Notes: a model not told the origin generated them from the letters alone. A stretch of 64,000 bases of DNA from Candidatus Cloacimonadota bacterium (GCA_023228125.1 JALOBT010000006.1:7005-71004); one strand, 5' to 3'. Positions 9,956-19,343 are shown, counted from the first letter of the stretch. Program-made: numbers and translations.

Positions 9956-10023
9956 TTCTAACAGGCTTTGGACTCGAGATGACTCGGGATTTCGGGTGAA
10001 CTCGAATCGAAGACGCGTTAAAA
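9956..10023 (+). repeat. 68-nt intergenic repeat, copy A (imperfect hairpin)
   Basis: Aligns without gaps to 32854..32921 at 52/68 identity by hand alignment. The two copies share TTCTAAC, TCGAGATGACTCGG and GTTAAAA. Confidence 0.65.
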
Positions 10024-10191
10024 GCAAGTCCATCGCTAGAGGGAGAGATGCGCTGTAAACCTGTGTAAAACAGTCTTATCGGTGAGGCTATCAGTGCATT
10101 TATCTTTGTCTGACTTACTAAAAGTGATTGACAGGATAGCAGCGTATTTGAAGTTTGAAAACATAAAAATAAAAAACAACCTGGAGGTAAT

Positions 10192-11271
10192 ATGAGCTAC
10201 CGCGTCCTTGCGATCAATCCTGGCTCCACATCAACCAAAATAGCTGTGCATGAAGGGCATAGCCCGCTTTTTGAAAAGACACTGCGTCACGATCCGGCAG
10301 AGCTGGAACCTTTTGCCGGCATCATCGAACAATATGATTTCCGTAAAGCTCTGGTAATGGAAGCCATGCGTGAACATGACGTTGACCCCAAAAGCCTGCA
10401 TGCAGTGGTAGGCAGAGGCGGACTTGTGCGTTCGGTAAAAGGAGGCACGATGAAGATTAGTGCTTCTTTGATGCGCGATCTGCAAGATACCGCTTTGTGG
10501 GGGAGGATTCATGCCTCGAATCTGGGAGCCTTTATCGCCAATGCGATCTCAGAAGAGTTGCAAATCCCAGGATTTATAGTAGATCCTGTGGTGGTGGATG
10601 AATTTGATGATATCGCCAGAATCTCCGGTATTCCAGAGATCGAGCGCAAAAGCCTATTCCACGCTTTGAACATCCGCTATATTGCCAGATTGATGGCCAA
10701 AGAACTTTGCAAAGACATCTCCCAGGTGAATCTTGTGGGAGTGCACATGGGTGGCGGCATCTCTGTGGCCGCGATCAAGGGCGGAAAAGTGGTGGATGTG
10801 AACAATGCCCTTTTGGGGATGGGACCCTTCTCTCCGCAAAGAGCCGGAGCCTTGCCCATCGGAGACTTGATCGATATGGCTTACAGCGGAGAATACACGA
10901 AGAAAGAGCTGAATACATATCTCACTAAAACTGCAGGACTGATGGCATATCTGGGCACGGATAGCGGAATCGAGGTAGATGAACGCATCCAGAAAGGCGA
11001 TAAAAAGGCCAAATTGATTTTGGAAGCCATGTGCTATCAGGTGTCCAAGGAAATTGGCGCATCAGCGGCAGCACTCAGCGGGAAAGTAGATGGTATCTTC
11101 CTTTCTGGCGGCTTGGTTTACAATAGTTTCATCGTGGATCAGATCACTCAGCGTTGTTCCTTCATCGCCAAAGTTCATCTGTATCCGGGCGAGAAAGAGA
11201 TGGAAGCTTTGTGTCAGGGTGGCATCCGGGTTCTGACCGGCCTTGAAGAAGCCATGGATTATCCTTATTAA
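10192..11271 (+). CDS. buk: butyrate kinase
   Basis: 359 aa. N-terminus is MSYRVLAINPGSTSTKIAV, with ASKHA-fold motifs throughout. Strong GGAGGT SD sequence. Confidence 0.9.
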   Translation: MSYRVLAINPGSTSTKIAVHEGHSPLFEKTLRHDPAELEPFAGIIEQYDFRKALVMEAMREHDVDPKSLHAVVGRGGLVRSVKGGTMKISASLMRDLQDTALWGRIHASNLGAFIANAISEELQIPGFIVDPVVVDEFDDIARISGIPEIERKSLFHALNIRYIARLMAKELCKDISQVNLVGVHMGGGISVAAIKGGKVVDVNNALLGMGPFSPQRAGALPIGDLIDMAYSGEYTKKELNTYLTKTAGLMAYLGTDSGIEVDERIQKGDKKAKLILEAMCYQVSKEIGASAAALSGKVDGIFLSGGLVYNSFIVDQITQRCSFIAKVHLYPGEKEMEALCQGGIRVLTGLEEAMDYPY

Positions 11272-11365
11272 GACGCGAACACATCTGATATAGATGCAGA
11301 AAAGCATAAGATCCAGGGGGGAGCGAGGTGAGAATACTAAGCTCCCCTATCTGCAAAGAGGCCGG

Positions 11366-13042
11366 ATGTGTAAAGCTCTGCTGTTTTTGGCTTTTCTGCT
11401 CTGCTGCGGCACTACTGCTCTTTTTGCCACGGATTGGACTGTATTAGTCTATATGGCCGCGGATAACGATCTTTCCTCTTTTGCTGTAGAGAACATTATA
11501 CAAATGGAGAGCGCAGTTCAAGCTGAGAATCTCAAGCTCGTGGTGCAGGTGGATTTGCCAGAACTGGGTGCAAAGCGGTACTTGATTCAAGAAAATCAAT
11601 CCCCTGGGATCGGATCGAGCGTCCTGCAAAATCTCGGAACGATAGACAGCGGTGATCCCATGCAGCTCCAAGACTTTATCCGCTGGGGCTTCGGCCGTTA
11701 TCCTTCACAACACAAAATGCTGATAATCTGGTCTCATGCGGATAGTTGGTACAAAAGTCCCAAGTACATAGCACCGGATCAGGACAGTGGTAATGTGATC
11801 GGGGTGGCCAATGGAGAGTTAGCCTCTGCACTGAGTGCTGGCCCCAAACTGGATATACTGCTCTTTGATGCCTGTAGCATGCAGAGCATAGAGATCGTGC
11901 ACACTTTGAGGCATTATGCCGATATCATCGTTGGCTCTGCAGATCAGGTTCCCGTGCAAGGTTTTCCCTATTCTGAGATCGTGCCTGTATTGGCGGGAAA
12001 TCCAGAACTCTTGGCTGCAAAATTGCCCAAGCTATATACGGATTCATATTTGCCCGGAAGCGCGAACAACCCTTCCAATTACTATTACACCACAACCTGC
12101 TCGGCAGTCAAGACGGATAAGGCCGATGACTTTTATCAAGCCTTCAAAGACTTTTCCAGAGCTCTGAGGCCGGTGGCCGGGGACTTGGCCGCCATCCGTG
12201 AAGAGCTCTTTGAGATGAATTCCGGGTATGCTGATGTGGACCTGACCCAGTTTTTGACCAGGATTCATGAGGCAGGGCTGACCGATAGTGTTCCCCTATT
12301 GGCCATGCTCGAAGAGATGATTTTGGCTTCTTCCTACACTATGCCTTGGCCGGAGACAGACCTTTCCAGTCTCGCGCTCTGGTACCCGGATATTCGCTAC
12401 AATCTGAATGCGGCCTGGAAAACCTATATGAAGATGGAATTTGGCAAAACGGGCTGGTTAAGCTTGGTCAATCTTGCTTTGGGAAAGGACATCATCCCAC
12501 CAGAAAGCCCTGTGTTGAGCAGGCAATATTCTCACTTTGGCAAGCTCTTTCTTCAGCTCAAAGCACCTGTGGACGTGGATTCTTTGTATTACCGCCTGGA
12601 GAGTGAAGCCTTAAGCTTTGATATCTTTCCTAAGGCCTATGCTGAGGACTTTGAACTTTCCTTTGATATTGCGGCAAATGGTAGCTACACAATATACGCG
12701 ATAGATCGAGCACAAAATATCTCACAAGCCTTAACCGGAGATTATAGCCATGATCCACTTAAGTACTCCCTGTTGATTTATCCCAATCCCATATCCGATC
12801 TAAGATTGGCCTTTCTGAAGTGGTATGGCGAAGAGAGTAAAGACGAATCAGTGAGCCTGAAGCTATACAATATCAAGGGGCAAAAGCTGATCCATTACCA
12901 CTTTGAGGTGCCCAGCCAAAATCCTGGAATGCTCAAGCTGGATCAGGTGCCAGGATTATCCGAACTTGCGCAGGGAATCTACCTGCTGGAGCTGAATAGT
13001 GGCGGTAAGAAAATGCACAAAAAGCTTACTATCTTATACTAA
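11366..13042 (+). CDS. clostripain-like cysteine peptidase (family C11) with a T9SS-type C-terminal sorting domain
   Basis: Signal peptide from the ATG at 11366 (MCKALLFLAFLLCCGTTALFA). C11 hallmarks are WTVLVYMAADNDL, the catalytic His region IIWSHADSW and the Cys region LLFDACSMQS. The C-terminal ~90 aa (LIYPNPISD..LKLYNIKGQ..GIYLLEL..KLTILY) match the T9SS type A pattern. The track ORF begins upstream at 11294. Confidence 0.75.
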   Translation: MCKALLFLAFLLCCGTTALFATDWTVLVYMAADNDLSSFAVENIIQMESAVQAENLKLVVQVDLPELGAKRYLIQENQSPGIGSSVLQNLGTIDSGDPMQLQDFIRWGFGRYPSQHKMLIIWSHADSWYKSPKYIAPDQDSGNVIGVANGELASALSAGPKLDILLFDACSMQSIEIVHTLRHYADIIVGSADQVPVQGFPYSEIVPVLAGNPELLAAKLPKLYTDSYLPGSANNPSNYYYTTTCSAVKTDKADDFYQAFKDFSRALRPVAGDLAAIREELFEMNSGYADVDLTQFLTRIHEAGLTDSVPLLAMLEEMILASSYTMPWPETDLSSLALWYPDIRYNLNAAWKTYMKMEFGKTGWLSLVNLALGKDIIPPESPVLSRQYSHFGKLFLQLKAPVDVDSLYYRLESEALSFDIFPKAYAEDFELSFDIAANGSYTIYAIDRAQNISQALTGDYSHDPLKYSLLIYPNPISDLRLAFLKWYGEESKDESVSLKLYNIKGQKLIHYHFEVPSQNPGMLKLDQVPGLSELAQGIYLLELNSGGKKMHKKLTILY

Positions 13043-13061
13043 ATCAGGGACTTGGCAGGCC

Positions 13062-13169
13062 TGTGGATAAGCTGTGGATAAGTTTTGTGAAAGAAAGGAA
13101 ACAGTAAGCTATGATATTGAAAAACAGAGAGATAGCTATAATGGCTTATCCACAAGAGCACGTGGATAA
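13062..13169. promoter_or_regulatory. cluster of four DnaA boxes
   Basis: TGTGGATAA occurs at 13062-13070 and 13073-13081 (a tandem CTGTGGATAAG 11-mer). TTATCCACA occurs at 13146-13154, and CGTGGATAA (8/9 match) at 13161-13169. The last two boxes form an inverted pair. An AT-rich 64-bp spacer separates the two pairs. Confidence 0.6.
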
Positions 13170-13203
13170 GTATGTAGTTAGCTGAAAATTAAGGAGCTAT
13201 AGG

Positions 13204-13935
13204 ATGTATCCAGAAACACAGATATCAAAACAGAAAATCACCGATCTGGCCAAGCTAAAACAAAAGAAATACCGGCAAGAGTTTAGGCTGGTGGTGGTGG
13301 AAGGCCAGCGGCTGATCCAGCAACTGCTTACCTACGATATAAAGCCTGCAGAGCTGTATTTTGTGGAGCGTCCGCTGATAGAAGTGGCCGGACTTGCCAG
13401 CTATGAATTAAGCCCATATCAGATGCAGCGAATCTGTGAGAGCGAACATCCCGCGGATCTGGCTGGACTTTTCCGCTTGCCCCAGGAGCGCAGGCAAGAA
13501 TACAAGAGAGCTCTGTATCTGGATAGGATCTCGGATCCGGGAAATCTGGGAACCATCTTCCGCACCGCTGCCGCTTTTGGGATAGATGGCATTCTGCTTT
13601 CCGAAGACTGCTGCGAAATCGCAAGTCCCAAGGTGATCCGCGCTTCTCTGGGGGCAGTATATAAGGTGCCTTTCCGCTATGTGAACCTTGAGGATTTGAG
13701 TGCTGAAAAAGCCAGACTAATAGCTTTTGATATGAGCGGAGCGATCAGCCTTGCTATGCACAAGCCTTCTCAGGAGGCAGAAATCTATATCCTGGGTAGC
13801 GAGGCGCATGGCATCGATCCAGTGCTGCTCAAAAAAGCTGATATTAGCTTGAGGATAGACATGAAAGAGGGGATGGAATCGCTCAATGTAGCGATTAGTG
13901 CGGCGATACTCTGCTATCAGTTAAGCTTGGGCTGA
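13204..13935 (+). CDS. TrmH/SpoU-family RNA 2'-O-methyltransferase
   Basis: 243 aa. SPOUT motifs are present: DPGNLGTIFRTAAAFG, ILGSEAHG and LNVAISAAILCY. Confidence 0.8.
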   Translation: MYPETQISKQKITDLAKLKQKKYRQEFRLVVVEGQRLIQQLLTYDIKPAELYFVERPLIEVAGLASYELSPYQMQRICESEHPADLAGLFRLPQERRQEYKRALYLDRISDPGNLGTIFRTAAAFGIDGILLSEDCCEIASPKVIRASLGAVYKVPFRYVNLEDLSAEKARLIAFDMSGAISLAMHKPSQEAEIYILGSEAHGIDPVLLKKADISLRIDMKEGMESLNVAISAAILCYQLSLG

Positions 13936-13963
13936 GTCTGGGATAAAAGAAACTGTGCATAGC

Positions 13964-15553
13964 TCAGGATGCAAATATCTTACTTTTCATGTAAGCCATA
14001 ATCTGCTGTTTCTCCCAGCTTTTTAGTCCCAGGAAATAGCTGAGTATGGCGTAAAACAAGACAATGATAAGGCAGTGTATAAATACCATGATGAGGCTGG
14101 TGGGTAAAAAGACCTGGTACATGCAGATGGCCAGAGCAAGGGTGATGGCACTGATGAGCATGGTCTTGGAAATCACGGTAAAGAAAAACTCCTTACCACT
14201 GATGCCGGCAAAGCGGCAGGCCTTGGGCACATTGAAACTAAAGGCCAGAATCACATTGGGGATCATGGTGCCCAAAGCAACTCCGATGATGGCGGAATCC
14301 TGCAGCACGATGCCTCGGCTTTGTAAAAATACAGGTAAGTAGCGCATCAGAAATATACTCAAGGCAAGATTGAGGATGGCTTCGATGCCGGCGATAAGTG
14401 CCAGAATCTTGTGTTCATTTGCCATCAGCATCACATATACGGACGTTGAGCGGAAAAAAAGCAAAACATACATGGAGAAGAGCAGGATAATGGCGCAGAT
14501 GATTCCCGCGGGATGATCCAGATCCAGCCAGGCCCTGATCAGAGGTTTGGCATATACGATGAGCGGAATCACCAGCATGGAAGAGATGATGCCCATCAGG
14601 CGATTGCTTTGCAACATCAGCTCGGTCATCTTGGGTTTGTTGCCCGCAGCAAAAAGCGTGGCGGAGATAGGCCCGAGATTGTCCAAAAATTGGGAGGCGA
14701 AGCGCTGAAAGACCTCTGCCAGCCGGATGGAGATCTGATATATCGCCACCAGTGCCAGGGAACCGAAGATGGATATCACCAATTGGTCTGTCTTCATAAT
14801 GATGAGATTGGTAAAGGTGATGAGGTAGGCAAAAAGTGAAAAACTCATCACCGACTTCAGCAAAGAGCGATCATAAAGGCGGATACTGAGTCTGAACTTT
14901 GGAATGAGACGATGCGCCACATACATCATGGTGAGGCTGGAAAGCAGATTGGTGCCCAGGGCGATAAAGACCATACCGGTGAGATTGAGCTTCAGATATA
15001 TCATCAGTGCCATTCCGCCAAAATTCAGCAGCAAGAAGGAGGTTTGGATGACGTTGCGGATGTGCATTCTTTGTAATCCCCGCAGGATTTCGGTAAAAAA
15101 TCCAAAGGGGAAACAGATGGCAGAGCCGATTCCGAAGAGAATCATCACCTTTTGGAAATAGGCAGTATTGGCCGCATCAAAGCCAAAGATCTGCTTTAGA
15201 TTGAAGCTTAAAATCACCGCAAAAGCAGCGATCAAAACGGCAAAGCTGGCATAGGTAAAGAAGATCGTGCTTACAACGCGGTTGTACCTCTGCCAATCCT
15301 GGCTCACACTGCATTCGCTGGTATGCTTTTGCACGGCGGTGCCAAAGCCAAAATCCAAAAGCAGAGAATAGCCAAAGATGGACCAGAGCAGAGCCCAGAA
15401 GCCATATTCTTCCCGTGAAAGCCCCAAAAACAGAATCCTGGTAAGGAATATGGTGACAAAGATGCTGATAAACATCTTGCCGTAATTTGACAAAGTGTTT
15501 ACCAGGATCCGCTTGCGCAGGCCTGTTTGTGGTGACTTTACATTTTCCAGCAC
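13964..15553 (-). CDS. polysaccharide flippase (Wzx/MOP superfamily)
   Basis: 529 aa with about 12-14 TM segments. N-terminus is typical of polysaccharide biosynthesis proteins (LVNTLSNYGKMFISIFV..LTRIL). GTG start. Confidence 0.8.
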   Translation of the reverse strand: MLENVKSPQTGLRKRILVNTLSNYGKMFISIFVTIFLTRILFLGLSREEYGFWALLWSIFGYSLLLDFGFGTAVQKHTSECSVSQDWQRYNRVVSTIFFTYASFAVLIAAFAVILSFNLKQIFGFDAANTAYFQKVMILFGIGSAICFPFGFFTEILRGLQRMHIRNVIQTSFLLLNFGGMALMIYLKLNLTGMVFIALGTNLLSSLTMMYVAHRLIPKFRLSIRLYDRSLLKSVMSFSLFAYLITFTNLIIMKTDQLVISIFGSLALVAIYQISIRLAEVFQRFASQFLDNLGPISATLFAAGNKPKMTELMLQSNRLMGIISSMLVIPLIVYAKPLIRAWLDLDHPAGIICAIILLFSMYVLLFFRSTSVYVMLMANEHKILALIAGIEAILNLALSIFLMRYLPVFLQSRGIVLQDSAIIGVALGTMIPNVILAFSFNVPKACRFAGISGKEFFFTVISKTMLISAITLALAICMYQVFLPTSLIMVFIHCLIIVLFYAILSYFLGLKSWEKQQIMAYMKSKIFAS

Positions 15554-15569
15554 TGGTTTTACTGTAAAA

Positions 15570-16367
15570 TCAGGGAATATGCTTGATCAGGAAAAGCACC
15601 TTGCGGCTTTCAGATAATTCCATTTGCAAGCCATCGCTGCTGACTTGGGATACTTTACCGTGTCCATAGGCGGTGAGACGCTTTTCATTTACCCCAAGCT
15701 CGATCAAATAGTTTTTTACGGCGGTTGCGCGGTTCAAGGTTAGTTTTATATTGTGACTTTCAGAGGCGCGCTCATCGGCAAAACCATAGATATCCAGATA
15801 GAAGCTATCGTTTTCCTTCAAGGTCTCGGCCAGGGCTTGCAGCTTGGGAATCTCGCTGGACTTGAGATCAGATTGATCGGTATCAAAGTAGATGGCGGGG
15901 AGATTCAAAAGCCGGGTCTGGGTAATCTGTTTTTCTATGTAAACGGTATCGATCTCAGTCTGGACGATCACTTGCGGGTCAGGCTTTTTGGGGGGACTGA
16001 ATTCGGCGGCTTTGTTGCGCTCATAATCCGGCGGGAAGTGATTCATATAAATAGTCATGGTCTTGGGAATGGGGGGCACCATGACGAAGATGTTTTGAGT
16101 ATATTGATTTGGGTACAGCGGAACAGCCTTGATATTGATCAAGCGGGCGTCTTCGTGGCGAACCTTGTATTTCAGAGGGGTGGTGCCGATCTTGACATCG
16201 TTGATATATATATCAGCTTTGGTGGGCAGAGAGCGGATTTTGATGTGCTGGGAAAACATCCCGCTTTCTTCGCGGATGATTTTCTGCTTATTTTTGGCAC
16301 AGCCAAAGCTTCCCAGGGCTATTAAAGCGACAATCATGAAAGAAAAGTATAGTCTTATGTGTTGCAT
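15570..16367 (-). CDS. OmpA-family lipoprotein with an N-terminal PEGA-like domain
   Basis: Lipobox ALGSFGC. PEGA-like segment ADIYINDVKIGTTPL. C-terminal OmpA-like domain YFDTDQSDL...IYGFADERASESHNIKLTLNRATAVKNYL. Confidence 0.75.
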   Translation of the reverse strand: MQHIRLYFSFMIVALIALGSFGCAKNKQKIIREESGMFSQHIKIRSLPTKADIYINDVKIGTTPLKYKVRHEDARLINIKAVPLYPNQYTQNIFVMVPPIPKTMTIYMNHFPPDYERNKAAEFSPPKKPDPQVIVQTEIDTVYIEKQITQTRLLNLPAIYFDTDQSDLKSSEIPKLQALAETLKENDSFYLDIYGFADERASESHNIKLTLNRATAVKNYLIELGVNEKRLTAYGHGKVSQVSSDGLQMELSESRKVLFLIKHIP

Positions 16368-16388
16368 GATATCCTCACTATCAGTTCA

Positions 16389-17555
16389 TTAGGTTTCATT
16401 TACAATATTCTCCAAGATATTTTGGATTTGTTTTTTGACAAGGTTTATCTCATATTTTTGCTCTACTTCAGCTCTGGCAGCCTGGCGGACTTTCTCTAAA
16501 GCTGAAATATCGAGGCGGTAAATCTGCAAAATGGAGGCTGCCAAATCTGCGCTGGAGCCTCTTTTGAAAAGAAAGCCATTCTGAGCGTGAGTAATGATCT
16601 CTTTGGGGCCATACGCATCGGTGGCAATCACGATCAGGGAACAGGCCATGGCTTCGATGATCACCCGGCCCAAGGCTTCCTGGGCCATAGTGGGCATCAG
16701 CAATACATCATAGCGGGGCAGGATATTCATCAGGTCTGTGCTTTTGCCTTTGAAACAGAAGTGATTTTCCAGATGCAGCTTTTGGATCTGCAGGTGGCAT
16801 CTGGACAGGTAATCTGGATCTGCCTCACCGTATATATCCACCTTGAAATCCTGATGCTCTGCCACCACACGGCCAGCGGCTTGGATCACCAGGTCCAGCC
16901 CCTTGAGAGGCTCGATCCTGCCTGCAAAGACAAAAGTAAGGGGTTCCGATATAGCTCTGACATTCTCTGGCGGCAGGGCTATCCCACGAGGCACCAGATG
17001 AATCTGTTTGCTATGATAGCGCATAGCTACTTCTTTGCTCAGCCAATCTGAGATCACGATTACCGGATCAAGATGGATCTTTCCTGAAATAGTAAAAGGT
17101 AGTAGCCCCTTCACAAAGCGGTAGAATCTGCTTCTGAGGTCTTTGGCACTATAGTTCTTTAGCCAGATATCGCCAATGTCGAAGATCCTTTTGTGTCCGG
17201 ATTTTTGCACTGCGATAATAGGGGCGATGGAGATGGCTTTCATATTGCCAAAGTACACGATCTCGGGTTTTACCAGATCCAGCACCTGGCAAGTAATAAG
17301 GTAATTGAACTTTTCCACTTCATGCTTGTTTCGGATCGAAGCCTCGTGATAATTAATATAGCGCAGGATTCTCAGTGGGGCATCTCGCTCTATGGCAAGG
17401 TTTGGGATAGTGGAGGTTTCGACCCCTTTGTAGCCGCAAAGGACATACACCTCATGCCCTTGTTCAGAAAGGAAATCCATGGTTTCCTTTACCGAGATTT
17501 CGTATCCGCCTTCGAAATAGGGGGGGTATAGATTTGAGATACAGAGTATCTTCAT
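16389..17555 (-). CDS. glycosyltransferase family 4
   Basis: 388 aa. N-terminus MKILCISNLYPPYFEGGYE. C-terminal GT1/GT4 E-x7-E region (EALGRVIIEAMACSLIVIATD). Confidence 0.85.
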   Translation of the reverse strand: MKILCISNLYPPYFEGGYEISVKETMDFLSEQGHEVYVLCGYKGVETSTIPNLAIERDAPLRILRYINYHEASIRNKHEVEKFNYLITCQVLDLVKPEIVYFGNMKAISIAPIIAVQKSGHKRIFDIGDIWLKNYSAKDLRSRFYRFVKGLLPFTISGKIHLDPVIVISDWLSKEVAMRYHSKQIHLVPRGIALPPENVRAISEPLTFVFAGRIEPLKGLDLVIQAAGRVVAEHQDFKVDIYGEADPDYLSRCHLQIQKLHLENHFCFKGKSTDLMNILPRYDVLLMPTMAQEALGRVIIEAMACSLIVIATDAYGPKEIITHAQNGFLFKRGSSADLAASILQIYRLDISALEKVRQAARAEVEQKYEINLVKKQIQNILENIVNET

Positions 17556-17983
17556 GGCTTCTTCATACGGATAAAATCGATTAGATGCGCGTTTGGAAAT
17601 ATATTTATACCGATGTAGGATTTTAGCAAATACAAGAGGAACAAGAAAAGGATCAGGAGCACCAAAGCCATGATAATGTAGGTGAATACCTTGGCTACCG
17701 TGGCAAGTCCGGCATCCATATCTCCTTTGTCCAGAGATCTGAACTGATTTCTATTGTCTTTGCCGAAGATAAAAATTATGTACCAGCGGCGGAAAAACCA
17801 AAAAGAAAAGCGTATATCAATGATGCCCAGGGAAGGAACCGGGGGCAGCATCCGCTTCATCAGGCCAATGAGTTCTTTACGTTGTGCATGAGACAGGGTT
17901 TGCTTGATGCCTTCCCCACCTATGGTCTTTTTATTCTTTTTATCTAACATAATTAGCTCGCTCTCTGGCATATCTTTGGGCAC
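17552..17983 (-). CDS. hypothetical small membrane protein
   Basis: 143-aa ORF with two hydrophobic segments. It overlaps the upstream gene. The start is uncertain: candidate ATGs at 17971 and 17950, while the track start is a GTG. Confidence 0.45.
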   Translation of the reverse strand: MPKDMPESELIMLDKKNKKTIGGEGIKQTLSHAQRKELIGLMKRMLPPVPSLGIIDIRFSFWFFRRWYIIFIFGKDNRNQFRSLDKGDMDAGLATVAKVFTYIIMALVLLILFLFLLYLLKSYIGINIFPNAHLIDFIRMKKP

Positions 17984-19343
17984 TGCTAAGATTTCTGGGT
18001 AATTTTACAAAGTGCTTGCGGTATCTCTTTTCCAGTTTACTCATTACGCCGATCATGGCGAAAACCAACATCAATTGATAGAAGTTATTTGTCTGTTTGA
18101 GAACCCATTCCAGAGTGGATTCCAGATATATTGCCAAGAGCCCGCCTATCAATCCAATGGCAAAATACTGATATGCCGTATTGCGATAGCGGAAATAGTT
18201 CTGGATATTCAAGAAGAAGAAATAGAAGATAAAGGCTACAAAGATGACCAGGGTGTGCCAGCCACTTTCTGCGGCGATCATCAGGTAAATGGTCTCCACC
18301 AAGCCGTTTTGCTCCGTTTCATCATCTGGATCGTGCATGGGAATGTGGCTGCCGTAGGTGTAGGGTGGATTGATCTTGACCCCAAAATTGTTTAGCCCCA
18401 CTCCCAAAACCTTTTTATTGGCCATCAATACTGCTGCTTTAGCAAGGTCCTTACGGACATTGGCGGATTCGATAGAAGCGGTCTCAAATCTCTCTGTGAT
18501 GGAATTCCAGGCTTTGGTAATGATGGCTATGGATAGAAAGAATAGAAGCACCGTGATCACGATCTTTTTTTGACTGATTCCAGCTCCGAAAGAAAAGGCC
18601 AAAACAGTCAAAACCGCCAGGGCAAACAGCACCAGTCCAGCCCTGGACAAGGTGGAAATCACCGAGATAGTGCTCATCGCAAAAAGCAGCAGCCAAAAGG
18701 AAAACTTGAAGAATTTGATGTCTTTTTTGTGCAGCAAGAAAGCGAAGATCAGGCTACCAAAGATGATGCTGTACATTACCAAAGAATTCTGGTGGGGAAA
18801 GGGGCCTGTGGTTTGAAACATGCCCAAAAAGTACTTTTGCCAAAGGACATCTAAAAAGATATAGATGGTTACGGCGGCTACACCATAAAGGAAGTCATTG
18901 AATTGCTCAAAGCTATTCACGTAATTATACACTACATAGAAGAAGATATACATCCTCGTCATCTTCCAGAGCTCAAAAAACGAAAAGAGAGGCACTGCAG
19001 AATTAACTATGGATAAGGCACTAAAACCGAAATAGGCGAAGTATAGCCAGGAACCGGGAGGTTTGTGGATATGATAATCTTCTTTGCGCTTGATGATAAA
19101 TAGCAGAAGAATCAGAGTGCAGATATCCACCAGGCCGATCTCAAAACCGCGGGAGCTGAGCCGTAGGGCCTCACGGGAGACGAAATTGATATCTTCCATG
19201 CGCACGGTGAAAAACATCAGCAAAAAGAAGATAAGGCGCTCGACTATGGGGAATCTTAGCGACAGAAAATAAGCTACTGGCACCCCGATAAACAGGGTGA
19301 TAAAGAAAATGATGTATTTTAGATGAGGTATAGCCTCAGTCAT
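17940..19343 (-). CDS. O-antigen ligase/polymerase-like (Wzy-type) membrane protein
   Basis: 467 aa with about 10-12 TM segments and a central periplasmic loop. The region around SRAGLVLFALAVL is typical of the O-antigen ligase family. Confidence 0.7.
   Translation of the reverse strand: MTEAIPHLKYIIFFITLFIGVPVAYFLSLRFPIVERLIFFLLMFFTVRMEDINFVSREALRLSSRGFEIGLVDICTLILLLFIIKRKEDYHIHKPPGSWLYFAYFGFSALSIVNSAVPLFSFFELWKMTRMYIFFYVVYNYVNSFEQFNDFLYGVAAVTIYIFLDVLWQKYFLGMFQTTGPFPHQNSLVMYSIIFGSLIFAFLLHKKDIKFFKFSFWLLLFAMSTISVISTLSRAGLVLFALAVLTVLAFSFGAGISQKKIVITVLLFFLSIAIITKAWNSITERFETASIESANVRKDLAKAAVLMANKKVLGVGLNNFGVKINPPYTYGSHIPMHDPDDETEQNGLVETIYLMIAAESGWHTLVIFVAFIFYFFFLNIQNYFRYRNTAYQYFAIGLIGGLLAIYLESTLEWVLKQTNNFYQLMLVFAMIGVMSKLEKRYRKHFVKLPRNLSSAQRYARERANYVR

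Noticed and set aside
11294-11365. N-terminal extension of the C11 protease ORF (MQKSIRSRGERGEN...)
   Set aside because: The internal ATG at 11366 yields a proper signal peptide. The extension is hydrophilic and overlaps a hairpin downstream of buk.
13043-13203. Calling the DnaA-box cluster the chromosomal origin (oriC), and a 24-codon sORF (13111..13185) overlapping it
   Set aside because: Flanking genes do not diverge from this point, there is no dnaA/dnaN, and I could not identify a clear 13-mer DUE array. It is kept only as a DnaA-binding cluster of unknown role. The sORF has a poor SD sequence and is probably fortuitous.
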